DNA of 62,695 bases, filler included, from Chiloscyllium plagiosum (lineage: Eukaryota), in NCBI RefSeq assembly GCF_004010195.1. It is 4 parts of one record of this genome, joined end to end, with 100 filler letters (N's around TTAATTAATTAA, not from the genome) between each part and the next. Parts side by side here need not be neighbours in the genome. Positions count along the whole stretch, not along the records: positions 1 to 21,926 come from NC_057713.1; positions 22,027 to 44,784 come from NC_057713.1; 2 more parts are not named here. One strand, 5' to 3'. Position numbers and translations under genes: made by a program. This document shows, one piece after another, positions 14,158 to 25,390 of the stretch; within the stretch, counting starts at the first letter, position 1, and every line of letters starts with the position of its first letter. Below the pieces are notes generated by a model. That model was not told where the DNA came from. It did not search any database and saw nothing but the letters and a program-made list of their open reading frames with translations.

Positions 14158-14269
14158 CCTGATGAAGGGTTTTTGCCCAAAAGGTCAATTCTCCTGCTCC
14201 TCGGATGCTGCCTGACCTGCTGTGCTTTTTCAGCACCACACTCTCGACTCTAATCTCCTCACTTTCGTC
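14158..14269 (+). mobile_element. Family A short element with 11-bp TSD, nested in an old CR1 (about 14095-14860, minus)
   Basis: tatcattacct at 14150-14160 and 14270-14280; the insert starts at the hammerhead core cctgatga. Confidence 0.8.
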
Positions 14270-15494
14270 TATCATTACCTAGTGTCAATCTTCTGCTTTT
14301 TCACATTCCCTTGCATACCTTATATCCAAATAATCATCCAATGCCTTCTTTAATTGAGGCTACCTCAATGACATTTCCAGGCAGTGCATTCTATACCCTA
14401 TCTACTTAGTGTGTGAAAATGATTTTCCTCATTTCACCCTTGTTTCTTTTATAGATCATCTCAAATCTATGCCCACTCCTTCTTGTTCCTTTTATGAGCG
14501 GCAACAGTTTCTCTATTTACTGGTTGATCCCATTGATGATTTTGAAAACCTCTATCAGATCACATCTTAGCTTGCTTCTCTACAAGGAAACCAATCCCAA
14601 CTTGTCTAATCTCTCCTCAGAAATGAAATTCCTCATCCCTGGAACCATTCTTGCAAAGTGCCAAGGTCCTTGTATTGCTGCATGTTGTTTAGAATATGTT
14701 ATGTTTTATTATCTTTCAATATTCTTTTGGATCACCACATACTTCTCTAAAGTGAACATCATCTGCCATCAATCTGCCCAATACACCAACTTGTCTATGT
14801 CCATCTATGCCAAAACTGTTCCCCCTTACAATTTATATTCTTCCAAGTTTTGTGCCATCTGAAAACTTTAGTAATCTAAATAGCAATTGCAGCTATGTTC
14901 AGTGACTTTGGCCAGTCATGTGAGGCAATTGAATTCTTCCAACATTGCATCCAGATTGTCGGAGTTTTATTCTTGGCATCGATCTCCATGTTGCATGCTT
15001 CCAATGCCAACAGACCATTACTCAAGAGCATATGCAAATTTTGTGTTATCACTATGAATGAAAACCAGCACATGACTAGTTGGCTGGTTCTTCTGCTTAT
15101 GTGGAGGAAATCGTTGGAGCAGACTTATTTATTGAGCTTTTCCAAAATTTGGATATATTATAACTGGAATGTTTGCATTAAGCTACACAATTGCTTGTTC
15201 CTGAAGTTGCTGTAGTATTTGCATTTTAAAAGCAGCAAATGCCATTAGCTTAATTTGACAGCAAGTTATGGCCCATTCATGTCTAGTTTATTTGGTTACA
15301 TGGAATAGCAGTTCTTTGCCAAATTAAGTAAAGCACCTTGCTAGTGGAAAATGCACTGCAATAGCAGGGATTGAACTGATTATTGAATTGGAGATGGAAA
15401 TGAAAATGTGGTGGGAAGAAGAAAATAATGGTGTAAATGGAGGCAATGGCAGAGGAATTGATGCAGCTGGCCAGAGCAGTGTAAGGAGGGTAAG

Positions 15495-15825
15495 TTGATG
15501 GCCTAGTGGTATTGTCGCTGGACTGTTATTCCGAAGATCCAGGTAATGTTCTGGAGTCTCCAGGTTTGAGATGTGCCATGGTATGTGAATTCAATAAAAA
15601 TCTGGAATTAAGAGTCTAATGATGACTATAAATCCATTGTCAATTGTTGGAAAAATCCATCTTAATCACTAATTTTGTTTAGGGAAGGAAACTGTTGTCC
15701 TTATCTGGTCTACATGTGACTCCAGACCCACAGCAATGTGGTTGACTCTTAACCCTATTGCCCTCTGTGATGGACAATAAATGTTGGCCAAGCCTGTGAC
15801 TCTCTCATCCTGTGAATTAATAAAG
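15495..15825 (+). mobile_element. tRNA-derived SINE, second family (other copies about 22330-22590 and 48925-49260)
   Basis: A-box-like tggcctagtggt head; shared body tctacatgtgactccagacccacagcaatgtggttgactcttaa. Confidence 0.7.
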
Positions 15826-16304
15826 AAATGATGGTGGAGGTAAAATTTGAGATGCGGGGCGGGTGCATGTTTTAAATACAGAATCACATTTCTAATCTCG
15901 TAACTTTTGACATCAACTTTAAGTCAAGTTGTTAAAATATTGAAAGATAGAAGTTTTTATAGAAATGAAAAGTAGAGAAAGAAAAGTTTTTCATTTAAAC
16001 TGGGGCTGAGTTGATTTTGTTGAAGGAACTAATTGTGTAGTTATAGGGAAAGTCTTGAGATGTTAGAACTGTTCCCATTAAATCAAAGAAGCTAAAAGGA
16101 AATGTCTTAAAACTTCTTCCTAATTTTAAACAATAGGATCGTCCAACAATTCTTGACTTCTCACCATGTCCCCTATACAGAATCTACATAGTTCAGCTGC
16201 CTTTTCAATAGTACAATGTAATTACAGTACTCTAAAATTGGAGTCACCTCTCTCTCTGTCTCACATCCTCAGCTGCTGTCTTTCATACTGCCTGTAACAA
16301 TTGA

Positions 16305-16471
16305 GTTAAAAATCACACAACACCAGGTTATAGTCCGACAGGTTTAATTGGAAGCACTCTAGCCGTCGCTCCAAAAGCTAGTGTGCTTCCAAATAAACCT
16401 GTTGGATATAACCTGGTGTTGTGTGATTTTAATTTTGTACACCCCAGTCCAACACCGTCATCTCCAAATCA
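16305..16471. mobile_element. Family B fold-back (palindromic) insertion with 12-bp TSD
   Basis: Arms aaaatcacacaacaccaggttatagtccgacaggttt / aaacctgttggatataacctggtgttgtgtgatttt. TSD tgtaacaattga at 16293-16304 and 16472-16483. Confidence 0.88.
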
Positions 16472-16778
16472 TGTAACAATTGAATTCCTCTTCAGAGATC
16501 CCAGAACTTTCCTGAGAAACCTTTTGAAAACCTGTCAATGAGGCCCTTCCTTGCTAATGGGCAGAGTTGAATATTACGTACATTTTGAAACAGTCAAAAA
16601 TAGCACTGTCTGAACTGAGTGCACTCTCAGAGTTACATTTTTATAGCTTGCTGGAAATGGATTTCATCACAGTATGCAGAGTTTTAATTACTTCATTGCT
16701 GACACTTGTACATTTAGCTACATATGCTCCAAAATATGGAATTCCCTCCCTAAATATTTTTGGCATCTTTTAATTTAC

Positions 16779-17012
16779 CTTTTGACCAAGGTCTTGATTA
16801 TGTCTGAACACATCAAATATTGCTGAGAAAAGGGATTTGTTGTTAAAACTTCTTGGTTTGTACTTTTCAGGACTGTTGAAAAAATGCCAAATTTCAAATG
16901 GACCAAACAATGTACAGTGCATGAGAAAGGATTCTGATGGTTGCCAAGTTGACTCTAATTGGTCAAGCATTGCCGTGGAAAATATAACAAGAAGCTGTTG
17001 TCCTTTATGCTT
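16779..17012 (-). CDS. Candidate internal exon of an unidentified gene (78 codons, phase 0-0)
   Basis: Acceptor ttttttttccaattaaacag|AAG, donor AAG|gtaaat, 234 nt fully open (KHKGQQLLVIFSTAMLDQLESTWQPSESFLMHCTLFGPFEIWHFFNSPEKY...DLGQK), in non-repeat DNA. No homolog recognised with certainty. Confidence 0.45.
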
Positions 17013-17396
17013 CTGTTTAATTGGAAAAAAAAACAATGCTGGACATGATAACTAATGTACCTATTCAAAATAGCCAAAGAGATGTGCTGTTTAATACCAT
17101 CTGCAGCTATTGGAAGACATAACCTTACACTTAGTACTGCAATGCCCCTGAAATTCATTGCCTGCATTAGTCACTCATGTGATCATATTAAACAGCAATT
17201 CCTTTTGACTGTTTGCAATAGGCAAAGTACTGACTGTGCTCAACCAGCTTCTCTTTGCAAATTTTAGAAAAAATGTCTTTTGCTAGATGTGATTCAATAA
17301 CTGGACATCACTGACTGAATAACTCCAAGTGTGCTAAGTATTATATGGCTACTTAATTTAAGTTTATCAATTGGGCTCGCATTGTGGCTCACTTAT

Positions 17397-17579
17397 CTGT
17401 GGGTTGAGAGTGTGGTACTAGAAAAGCACAGCATGTCTGGCAGCATCCGAGCAACAGGAGAATTGACATTTTGGGAAGAGCTTATGCCTGAAACATCAAT
17501 TCTCCTGCCCCTCGGATGCTGCCTGACCTGCTGTATTTTCTTGACTCTGATCACCAGCATCTGCAGTCCTCACTTTCTC
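17397..17579. mobile_element. Family A fold-back insertion with 9-bp TSD
   Basis: Arms ggcagcatccgagcaacaggagaattga / tcaattctcctgcccctcggatgctgcc. TSD ctcacttat at 17388-17396 and 17580-17588. Confidence 0.85.
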
Positions 17580-18949
17580 CTCACTTATATTCGGAACCTA
17601 CATATATTGATATGCAGAGAAATTCTATGCAGGGTGAAGGAACATAAATTAAATAACAGAGGAAATTGGTTCCCGGTGCTTTCACCATGACAATGTCTTG
17701 AATAATCCAGGATCAATTTCACCAACAATCAGCCTCTTTCCTTGATATTGATTATTTGCTCTGTTTGCAGTTTGACATTCTTACATCCTGAGTGCAAGAC
17801 AAATAGCTTTGACAGCATGTTTATTTTTTAGCAACACAATTTTTTTTCTTGTCTCCTTATTTGTCTTTCTACAAATGTTGTTTGACAAACCTCCTGAGAG
17901 ATGCCTTGTGTGTTGTATTATGATAAAGGTGTTATCTAAATTTAAATTGCTGGTTTTGTTGTATATGTGAGTACAAATTTACTGATGTTATGTTCAGAAT
18001 GGAGAACTATATTCAGAGTAACGCTGAGTGTTCCACCTGTCTTACCTTTAATCACAGATCTCCCTCACCTCGTAGCAGAATTGCATGAGTAAATTGTTGC
18101 TGAGCCTACAAAGTTAGTCACAGCTGAAAAATCTGTCAATATTCATTTTTCAGGCTCAAACAAGAAAAGTGCCAGTTGGACAAAGAATGAGAGAGTGTCA
18201 GTCGTTTGAAAGCTACCCCACTATGATTTAAGACTTGCAGGAGAGAAAAATTGAAGGAGATTAAAACAGCCATTCAGTTTCAGCTTATTTTGAACTGCAA
18301 ACCCTCTTGAGTAAAATCAGTTTGCCTCAAATGAAACAGCGAACAGTAATTGAAATGAGAATTGCAAATTGATCAGTTAATCTGTTAATTAAACTTTTAA
18401 CTTTATAACTTTATTTTTCTACTTTATTTGAAGAATAGTATAATGTTGAACTTTTAACCCACTTCTTTATTTATTTTGTACCTAAGGTTTTGTTCCCTAG
18501 GTACCTTTGTATCTAAGATGGTGCCAGGCATGGCAACTTTGTACACTTTTCATTGTATGCCGTAACCCTGTATGTGAGCATACATGACAATAAAATCTAA
18601 TTCTCATTCTAATTCAATTAAAATGTGAGTAAATATTTTCCAAATAAATGTGATAAACATGAAGCATCTGATCAAATTATAGGTTTGGATTTTAATTATT
18701 TCTAAGCAGTATTATAATCTAAATAGAATATCTTAAAGTCAGAATATGTTCAAATACAACTAATTAAATCATCATTCAATGATTCAATCACAACTTCAGA
18801 AAAAACAGGACTGTAATATCAGATTCTCCAGCAAGTGAAAGAGGAAGATATGTGAATTTCTTCAAAGATTCTTTCACTCAAGTTGAGTCAGTGCCCTCTG
18901 CTGGAAGGCATAGCATCCATTATTCTGACCATACAACTATTCCACATTG

Positions 18950-19150
18950 TGTTAAAAATCACATAACACCAGGTTATAGTCCAACAGGTTTAATTGGAAG
19001 CACGCTAGCTCCTTCATCAGGTGATAGTGGAGGGCTCTATCGTAACACAGAATTTATAGCAAAACCTTACAGTGTGATGTAACTGAAATTATACATTGAA
19101 AAATTGATTGTCTGTTAAGCCTTTCATCTGTTAGAATACAGTAATAGTTT
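18950..19150 (-). mobile_element. Family B element with internally deleted hammerhead
   Basis: ggaagcacgctagctccttcatcagg lacks the stem II/GAAA part seen at 58313-58344. Confidence 0.75.
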
Positions 19151-21500
19151 TATAAAGTCTCAGAAGCACATCACTGCTTTTATATTTCAATACTCTTGAG
19201 ATAAATTACAACATTACATTTGCTTTCTTAATCAAGGACTCAACCTGAAAGTCTTCCTTTAGAGAATCCTGGACTAGAATTCGCAGATCACTTTGTACTT
19301 TGGCTTTATCAATTTTCTCACTATTTAGAAAATAGTCCATGCCTGGACCACTCTCCTAAACTGTCTAAATATTTCTGCAGCCTCCCCACCTCCTCAGAAC
19401 TATTTGCCTCTCCAACTAACTTTGTATCATTGGCAAACTTCATGATAATGTCCCCAGCCCCTCCATCCAGGTCATTAATATATAAAGTGAACAACTGTGG
19501 TCCAAACATTGAACCCTGCGGGACACCACTTGTCACCAGGTGCCATTCCAAAAAAATAACATTTTGTACCAACTCTCTGCCTTCTGTCAGGCAGCCAACC
19601 CTCGATTCATGCCAGTAGCTCACTTCAAACACCATGGGCCCTCACCTTACTCAGCAGCCTCCTGTGAGGCACTTTATTAAAGGCCTTTTGGAAGTCTAGA
19701 TAGATAACATCCACTGAGTTTCCTTGGTCTAACCTACTTGTTACCTCTTCAAAGAATCTAACAGATTTGTCAGGTACAACCTCCCCTTACTAAATCCATG
19801 CTGACTTGTTCTAATCTGACCCTGTACTTCCATGAATTTAGAAATCTCATCCTTAACGATGGATGTTTGAATTTTATCAACAACCGAGGTTCGGCTAATC
19901 GGCTGAAAATTTTCCATCTTTTGTCTTGATCCTTTCTTGAACAAGAGGGTTACAACAGTGATTTTCCAATAATCTGGGACTTTTCCTGACTCCAGTGACT
20001 TTTGAAAGATCACAACCAATGCATCTGCTATTTCCTCAGCCACCTCCCTCAGAACTTTAGGGTGAAGCTCATTGCGGCCAGGAGATTTATCAATTTTTAG
20101 ACCTTTTAGCCTTTCTAGCACTTTTTCTTTTGTCATGGCTGCCATACTCAACTCTGTCCCCAACTCTCCTTAATTGTTGGGATATTACTCATGTCTTCCA
20201 CTGTGAAGACTGAAGCAAAGTATTATTAAGTTCTTCAGTTATTTCCTTATCTCCCATCACTAGCTTTCCAGCATCTATTTGGAGTGGTACAATGTCTACT
20301 TTTGCCTCTCATTTGTTTCTTATGTATTGAAAGAAACTGCTAGTATCATTTCTAATATTAGTGGCTAGCCTACCTTCATATTTGATGCTCTTATTCCTTA
20401 TTTCTCTCTTTTTAATCCTCTATTTGATTTTGTAGCCCCCCCAATCTTCTGATTTTACAGTGCTCTTGGCCACTTTATAGGCTGTCTCTTTTTCTTTGAG
20501 ACATTTCCTGACTTCCTTTGTCAGCCATGGCTGCCTGATCCCTCCATGGATAATCTTTCTTTTCTTTGGGATGAACCTCTGTACTGTGTCCTCAACTAAA
20601 TCCAGAAATTCCTGCCTTTGTTGCTCTATTGTCTTGCCCGCTAGGTTCTGCTTCCAGTCGATTTTCGTCAGTTCCTCTCTCATGCCCCTATAATTACCTT
20701 TATTTAACTGTAACACCATTACATCTGATTTTGCCTTCTCTCTTTCAAACTGTAGACTGAACTCTACTATATTATGATCACTGCCTCCCAAGTGTTCCCT
20801 TACTTTAAGATCTTTTATAAAGTCAGGCTCATTACATAGCATGAAGTCCAGAATAGCCTGCTACCTTGTGGGTTCCATCACAAGCTGTTCCAAAAAGCCA
20901 GCCTGTAAGCATTCCATGAATTCCCTTTCTTTGGATCCAACGGCAACATTATTCACCCAATCCACCTGCATTTTGAAGTCCTCCATGATCACTGTGACCT
21001 TGCCTTTCTGACACGCCCTATTTATTTCCCAGTAAATCTTGCAGCTCTGGTGTTGACCACAGTTAGGAGGTCTGTATATAACTCTTTTTTTTCCTTTTGT
21101 GCTTCCTCAGCTCCACCCACACAGACTCCACATCATCTGACCCAATGTCATTCAGTGTCATAGATTTAATTTCATTCTTAACTAACAAGACAACTCCGAC
21201 CCCTCTGCCCACCTCCCTTTTTTTTAGATAAGTTAAACATCCTTGGATGTGCCAGTCCTGAACCCCCTGCAAACATGTCGCTGTGGTGCCTACCACATCA
21301 TAATCATTCACAATTATTTGTCTCGTTAATTCATCAACTTTGTTCTGAATACTAAGAGGATTCAGGTAAAGTGCCTTAATGCTAACTTTCTTATCATTAT
21401 TAGAGATATTGGAAATCATAAGATGTCCTAAGTTATCCTTCTCTTTTGCTGCATTCCTAGTCTGCCTTGAGCTTAAACCCACCTGCACACATGCTCAGGA
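19150..21500 (-). mobile_element. CR1 LINE ORF2 (APE endonuclease + RT), decayed
   Basis: YLNPLSIQNK (21063-21488), LGGSDHNIVEF (20420-20842), QPISRTSVVDK..QHGF (19741-20163), GVPQGSMFGPQLF.LYINDL (19321-19635). Confidence 0.95.
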
Positions 21501-21926
21501 CTCTTTGACAAGGAGGTTGAGTGAAGTGATTACACCACAGTTGAAGAGGGTGAAGACATGACTGCCCAGCTGGTTCAGTGCGCTACGTGCTTGACGTGGG
21601 AGGTCAACGACTCTGGTGTGTCTGGCTCGTATATGTGTGGAAAGCGTGTGCACATTCAGCAATTTACCGAGCATATTGCAGCGCTGACGAAAGAACTCGA
21701 AGACCTTAGGCTCATCCGAGAGAACGAGATCTTTCTGGACAAGACCTTCAACGATGTTATTACACTAATCATGCCAGAAGAGAGCAGAAGAGAGCAAATG
21801 ATGAGGAAGGCAGAGAGGAGACAGGTGCAAGACACCCCGAGAGAAGTACCTGTCAGGAACAAGTTGAAGCTTGAGGAAGCAGAGACTGATGACACTGCCA
21901 GTTCGCAAGGCAGCCAAGTTTGTCAA
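21500..21926 (+). mobile_element. CR1 ORF1 N-terminus (zinc finger + coiled coil), inverted relative to the adjacent ORF2
   Basis: MTAQLVQCATCLTWEV...YMCGKRVHIQQFTEHIAALTKELEDLRLIRENEIFLDKTF; truncated by the gap. Confidence 0.8.
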
Positions 21927-22026
21927 NNNNNNNNNNNNNNNNNNNNNNNNNNNNNNNNNNNNNNNNNNNNTTAATTAATTAANNNNNNNNNNNNNNNNNN
22001 NNNNNNNNNNNNNNNNNNNNNNNNNN
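21927..22026. other. Assembly gap with artificial spacer
   Basis: 44 N + TTAATTAATTAA + 44 N. Confidence 0.98.
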
Positions 22027-22320
22027 TGTCTGACCTGCCCAGCTCCTTTTCCACCTATCCACTCCACCCTCTCCTCCCTGACCTATCACCTTCATCTCCT
22101 TCCCCACTGACCTATTGTACTCTATGCTACTCTATCCCCACCCCCACCCTCCTCTAGCTTATCTCTCCACGCTTCAGGCTCTCTGCCTTTATTCCTGATG
22201 AAGGGCTTTTGCCCGAAACGTCGATTTTGCCTGTCCTCGGATGCTGCCTGAATTGCTGTGCTCTTCCAGCACCACTGATCCAGAATCTGGTTTCCAGCAT
22301 CTGCAGTCATTGTTTTTACC
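22027..22320 (+). mobile_element. Young Penelope family A 3' terminus
   Basis: Pyrimidine-rich segment, hammerhead motif, then gatgctgcctgaattgctgtgctcttccagcacc; near-identical to 55943-56085. Confidence 0.88.
22191..22226 (+). ncRNA. Minimal type-I hammerhead ribozyme motif with intact core
   Basis: CTGATGA (22195-22201), A, GGGC-TTTT-GCCC stem II, GAAA (22215-22218), C, GTC triplet (22220-22222); palindromic ACGT stem III. Confidence 0.8.
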
Positions 22321-24149
22321 TAATATCTAGAGAGCTCAGGCCAATGTTCCAAGGACAGGGTTCAAATAACATCATGACAGATGAAAGTTAAATTCAATTA
22401 GTTAACAAATTAAATGAATTAGTATATCTACAATTGGGAGTTAGTCACAATTATGGTAACTATGAAAGTATCATTGATCATCACAACAAATACTAAAGGA
22501 AGGAAATCTGCTGTGCTCACATGGTTCAATCTACATGTGATTAGGATTATCACTTAACGTCCCTCTGAAATAGCCCAGTAGACCATAGCATTCAGTTGCA
22601 TCTGCTCTAGTTACCAGATTGGCTATGTCTGGAACATAGAAAATAGGAATATGATGAGGTTATTCAGCCCTTTGAACCTGCTCCATCATTTAATACGATC
22701 ATGGTTAATCATCCAACTCAGTACCCTGTTCCTGCTTTCACCCCATACCCTTTGATTGTTGTTATTTCTCAAGTCTAAATGGCAAAGTTTGCCTGAGATA
22801 AGTTTATGCACAGTCTCCCAATTCCATCTATTCTTTAAAGTAAATTGAAACATCATAACAAGAGGAGGCTATTTAGCTCCTTTAGCTGTTGCACCATACA
22901 GTAAGATTATGGCTAATCTGCAAGCTAATTCTATATGCCTTATATTCTTAATTCATTTGGCAAACAAGAATTGACCAATCCATTTAAAATTTAATAGCAG
23001 ATCCAGCATTAATTTTCATTTGTGGCAAAGTGTTCCAAATTCTACCAACTTGTTGTAAAGAGGTTTATCCTGATTTCACTCTTTCTTTTATTCATTTAGA
23101 CTATGCCCTCACAGTCTGGACTTCTGTACATATGGGAAGTGCTTCCTATTTGAACTACTCCCAATAATCTACCTATACCCTTACCTGACTATAGTTCTGA
23201 CTGATCATTAATAGATGCTTGATCACTGCAATACTTGCTCTTTTTTTAACTTCTCTCACAAGTATGATGAGTTTTGAGGTTGGATAATAGTCTAATATTC
23301 ATTATGTAGGCTCTCATCAATCTAGGCTAAGGTTTCATTCTCGTTTGGATCATTGTGACCCAACTAGGAAGATAAGCAGGCAAGCAGCTAACAGGTTTCC
23401 ATTGATCTTACATGAATTTAAAAAAAAGGATGAGTAATGATTGGGGATGAATATTATACTCAATGTGATCTCCTACTTCAGACGATACATTAATTTATGG
23501 ATAATGCCTGAACTCCAAGATTAAATTACAGCCTTTTACTTACTTTCCACCGTCTATAACCTGCTTATAATATATACATTATTTCAATTTATGAAATTAA
23601 TGTGAGGAAGTTACAAACTGAGTGGACAGCAAAATGATTGAGGCCCAAAAGGTAATTATGGAATTATCATCATTCAGAAGGGGTTAGAATGAGGGCATTA
23701 CTTCACCATCATAAAACAAGATTGCATGAGATGAACAAGACATATAACTTACTTTCGCTGGCAGATTGCTCATTACTTTTCTGATAGGCCTCATCTTGAT
23801 TGATGGTAACAGGTCTGTGGCACCAACATTTCTCTGAGTGGTTGCTATTTCAGCTCATCCTAGTTTCTTCAATAGTTCATTGAGTTAAAAGCCTAAAGAG
23901 ATTTTTTTTTTTTTTTTCAGGAAAGCATTATATTATTCAATATTCAATAATTCTATGATTACAATGGAAACGTGGAAGTGTTTATACAACATGAAGGAGC
24001 TAAATCATAAAGGCAGGAATTCTAAGAATAATAGAGAGTGGTATAGCAAAATAAAGGTCCATCAGCCCATAAAGTCCACCTCTTCCAGTGCTTATGTATG
24101 TTTGTTTTATTATGTTTTCCTTTCCCCCACCAGGAGCTGTAGACCCATA

Positions 24150-25390
24150 TTTCTCATGTAGTGTCATGGAGTATTGTTGCAATTTTAAAATTCTCCTGCT
24201 CTTTCCCAGTGGATATTAAACCAGTGTCTTTAAATGGTTGATTTAACTCAAAATACAAGTTAGAGAAACAAATAATATAAGCATAGAAAGAGACTGGTAG
24301 GCAAATTAAAAATGATTCAAAAGTATTCTCTAAGCACATAAATGATAAAGGATATCAAAAGGAGGGACAGGTACTAATAAGGGGACTTGGACATAGAAGT
24401 AGGTTCAAAAGATATGAAATGAGTACATTATGTTTGTCCTTAATAAGGAAGAGGAGAAAGTGAGGGCTGCAGATGCTGGAGCATTTTCAGCTTAATAAGG
24501 AAGAAGCTGCTACTCAGAATATGGAAGAAATTTAGTTGGTAGAAATTTTAAAATTAATAAGGAAGAAGTATTAAACAAGTTGTCACTGCTTAAAGATGAC
24601 AAAGCATTCGGATCAGTTGGATTCTATCCAGGAACACTGAAGAAAGTGATAGTGGACATTGTGGAGGAACTATTCTTAAATTTTCAATCTTCCTGAGACT
24701 CAGGGGTGGTGCCTCACAATTGGAGAATTGCAACCATTACACCCTTGCACAAAAGACAATGGTTCCCAAACTTTTTCTCACTTTAATTCCTTAACAAAAC
24801 ATGAAACTTGATGTGACCATTTAATGAAACAAAGATGTGGAAGGGTGGTGGAAGATCTAAGCAATCAGGAGGCTGTGGAACAACGACCTATGAGCATGAA
24901 GGGAGTACTCCGAGCTCCACTGTATCCATTGTTACGTCTAAGCTCACAATTCAAAATTGACTGAGGGATAGCAAATAGAAAACAATGGTTAATAGATAGT
25001 TCTCAGGCTGGGTGAATATTTGTTGTGGAGATACACAGGAATCAGTTTTTGGACCTTTGCTTTTCTCGATATAAAAAAAATGTTCTAGATCTTAGTGTTC
25101 AGGATAACATTTCAAAGTTTTCAGATGTTACAAAGCTTGTTAGCATTGTGAACAAAGAGGAAGACAGTGTACAAGTTCAGATAGATGGCGACAGGTTGCT
25201 GCTGTGGACACATAGGTACAGATAACGTGTGACGTCAGACATTTTGATGAGAAAACCATGGAGGCACTTTAAAATAAATGGTGCTACTGTAAGGCATGCG
25301 CAGGACCTCAGTAGTTATGTATAAAATCATTAAAGACAGCAGGATGTACCTGCAGCATGTTAGGTTTTATTATTAGGGGCATGGATTATT
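24150..25390 (+). mobile_element. Old CR1 ORF2 fragments with small nested inserts
   Basis: ttggagaattgcaaccattacaccc (WRIA.ITP) and ISKFSDVTKL. Confidence 0.6.

Noticed and set aside
16305..16471. Hairpin as a pre-miRNA or DNA-transposon MITE
   Set aside because: Arms match a family that also occurs un-inverted (5735, 18950), and TSD lengths vary from 9 to 15 bp among such hairpins, pointing to retro-insertion.
21971..21982. Palindromic TTAATTAATTAA recurring at 21971, 44829 and 55887
   Set aside because: Always centred in exactly 44 N + 44 N and gives stops in all six frames: an artificial scaffolding spacer.
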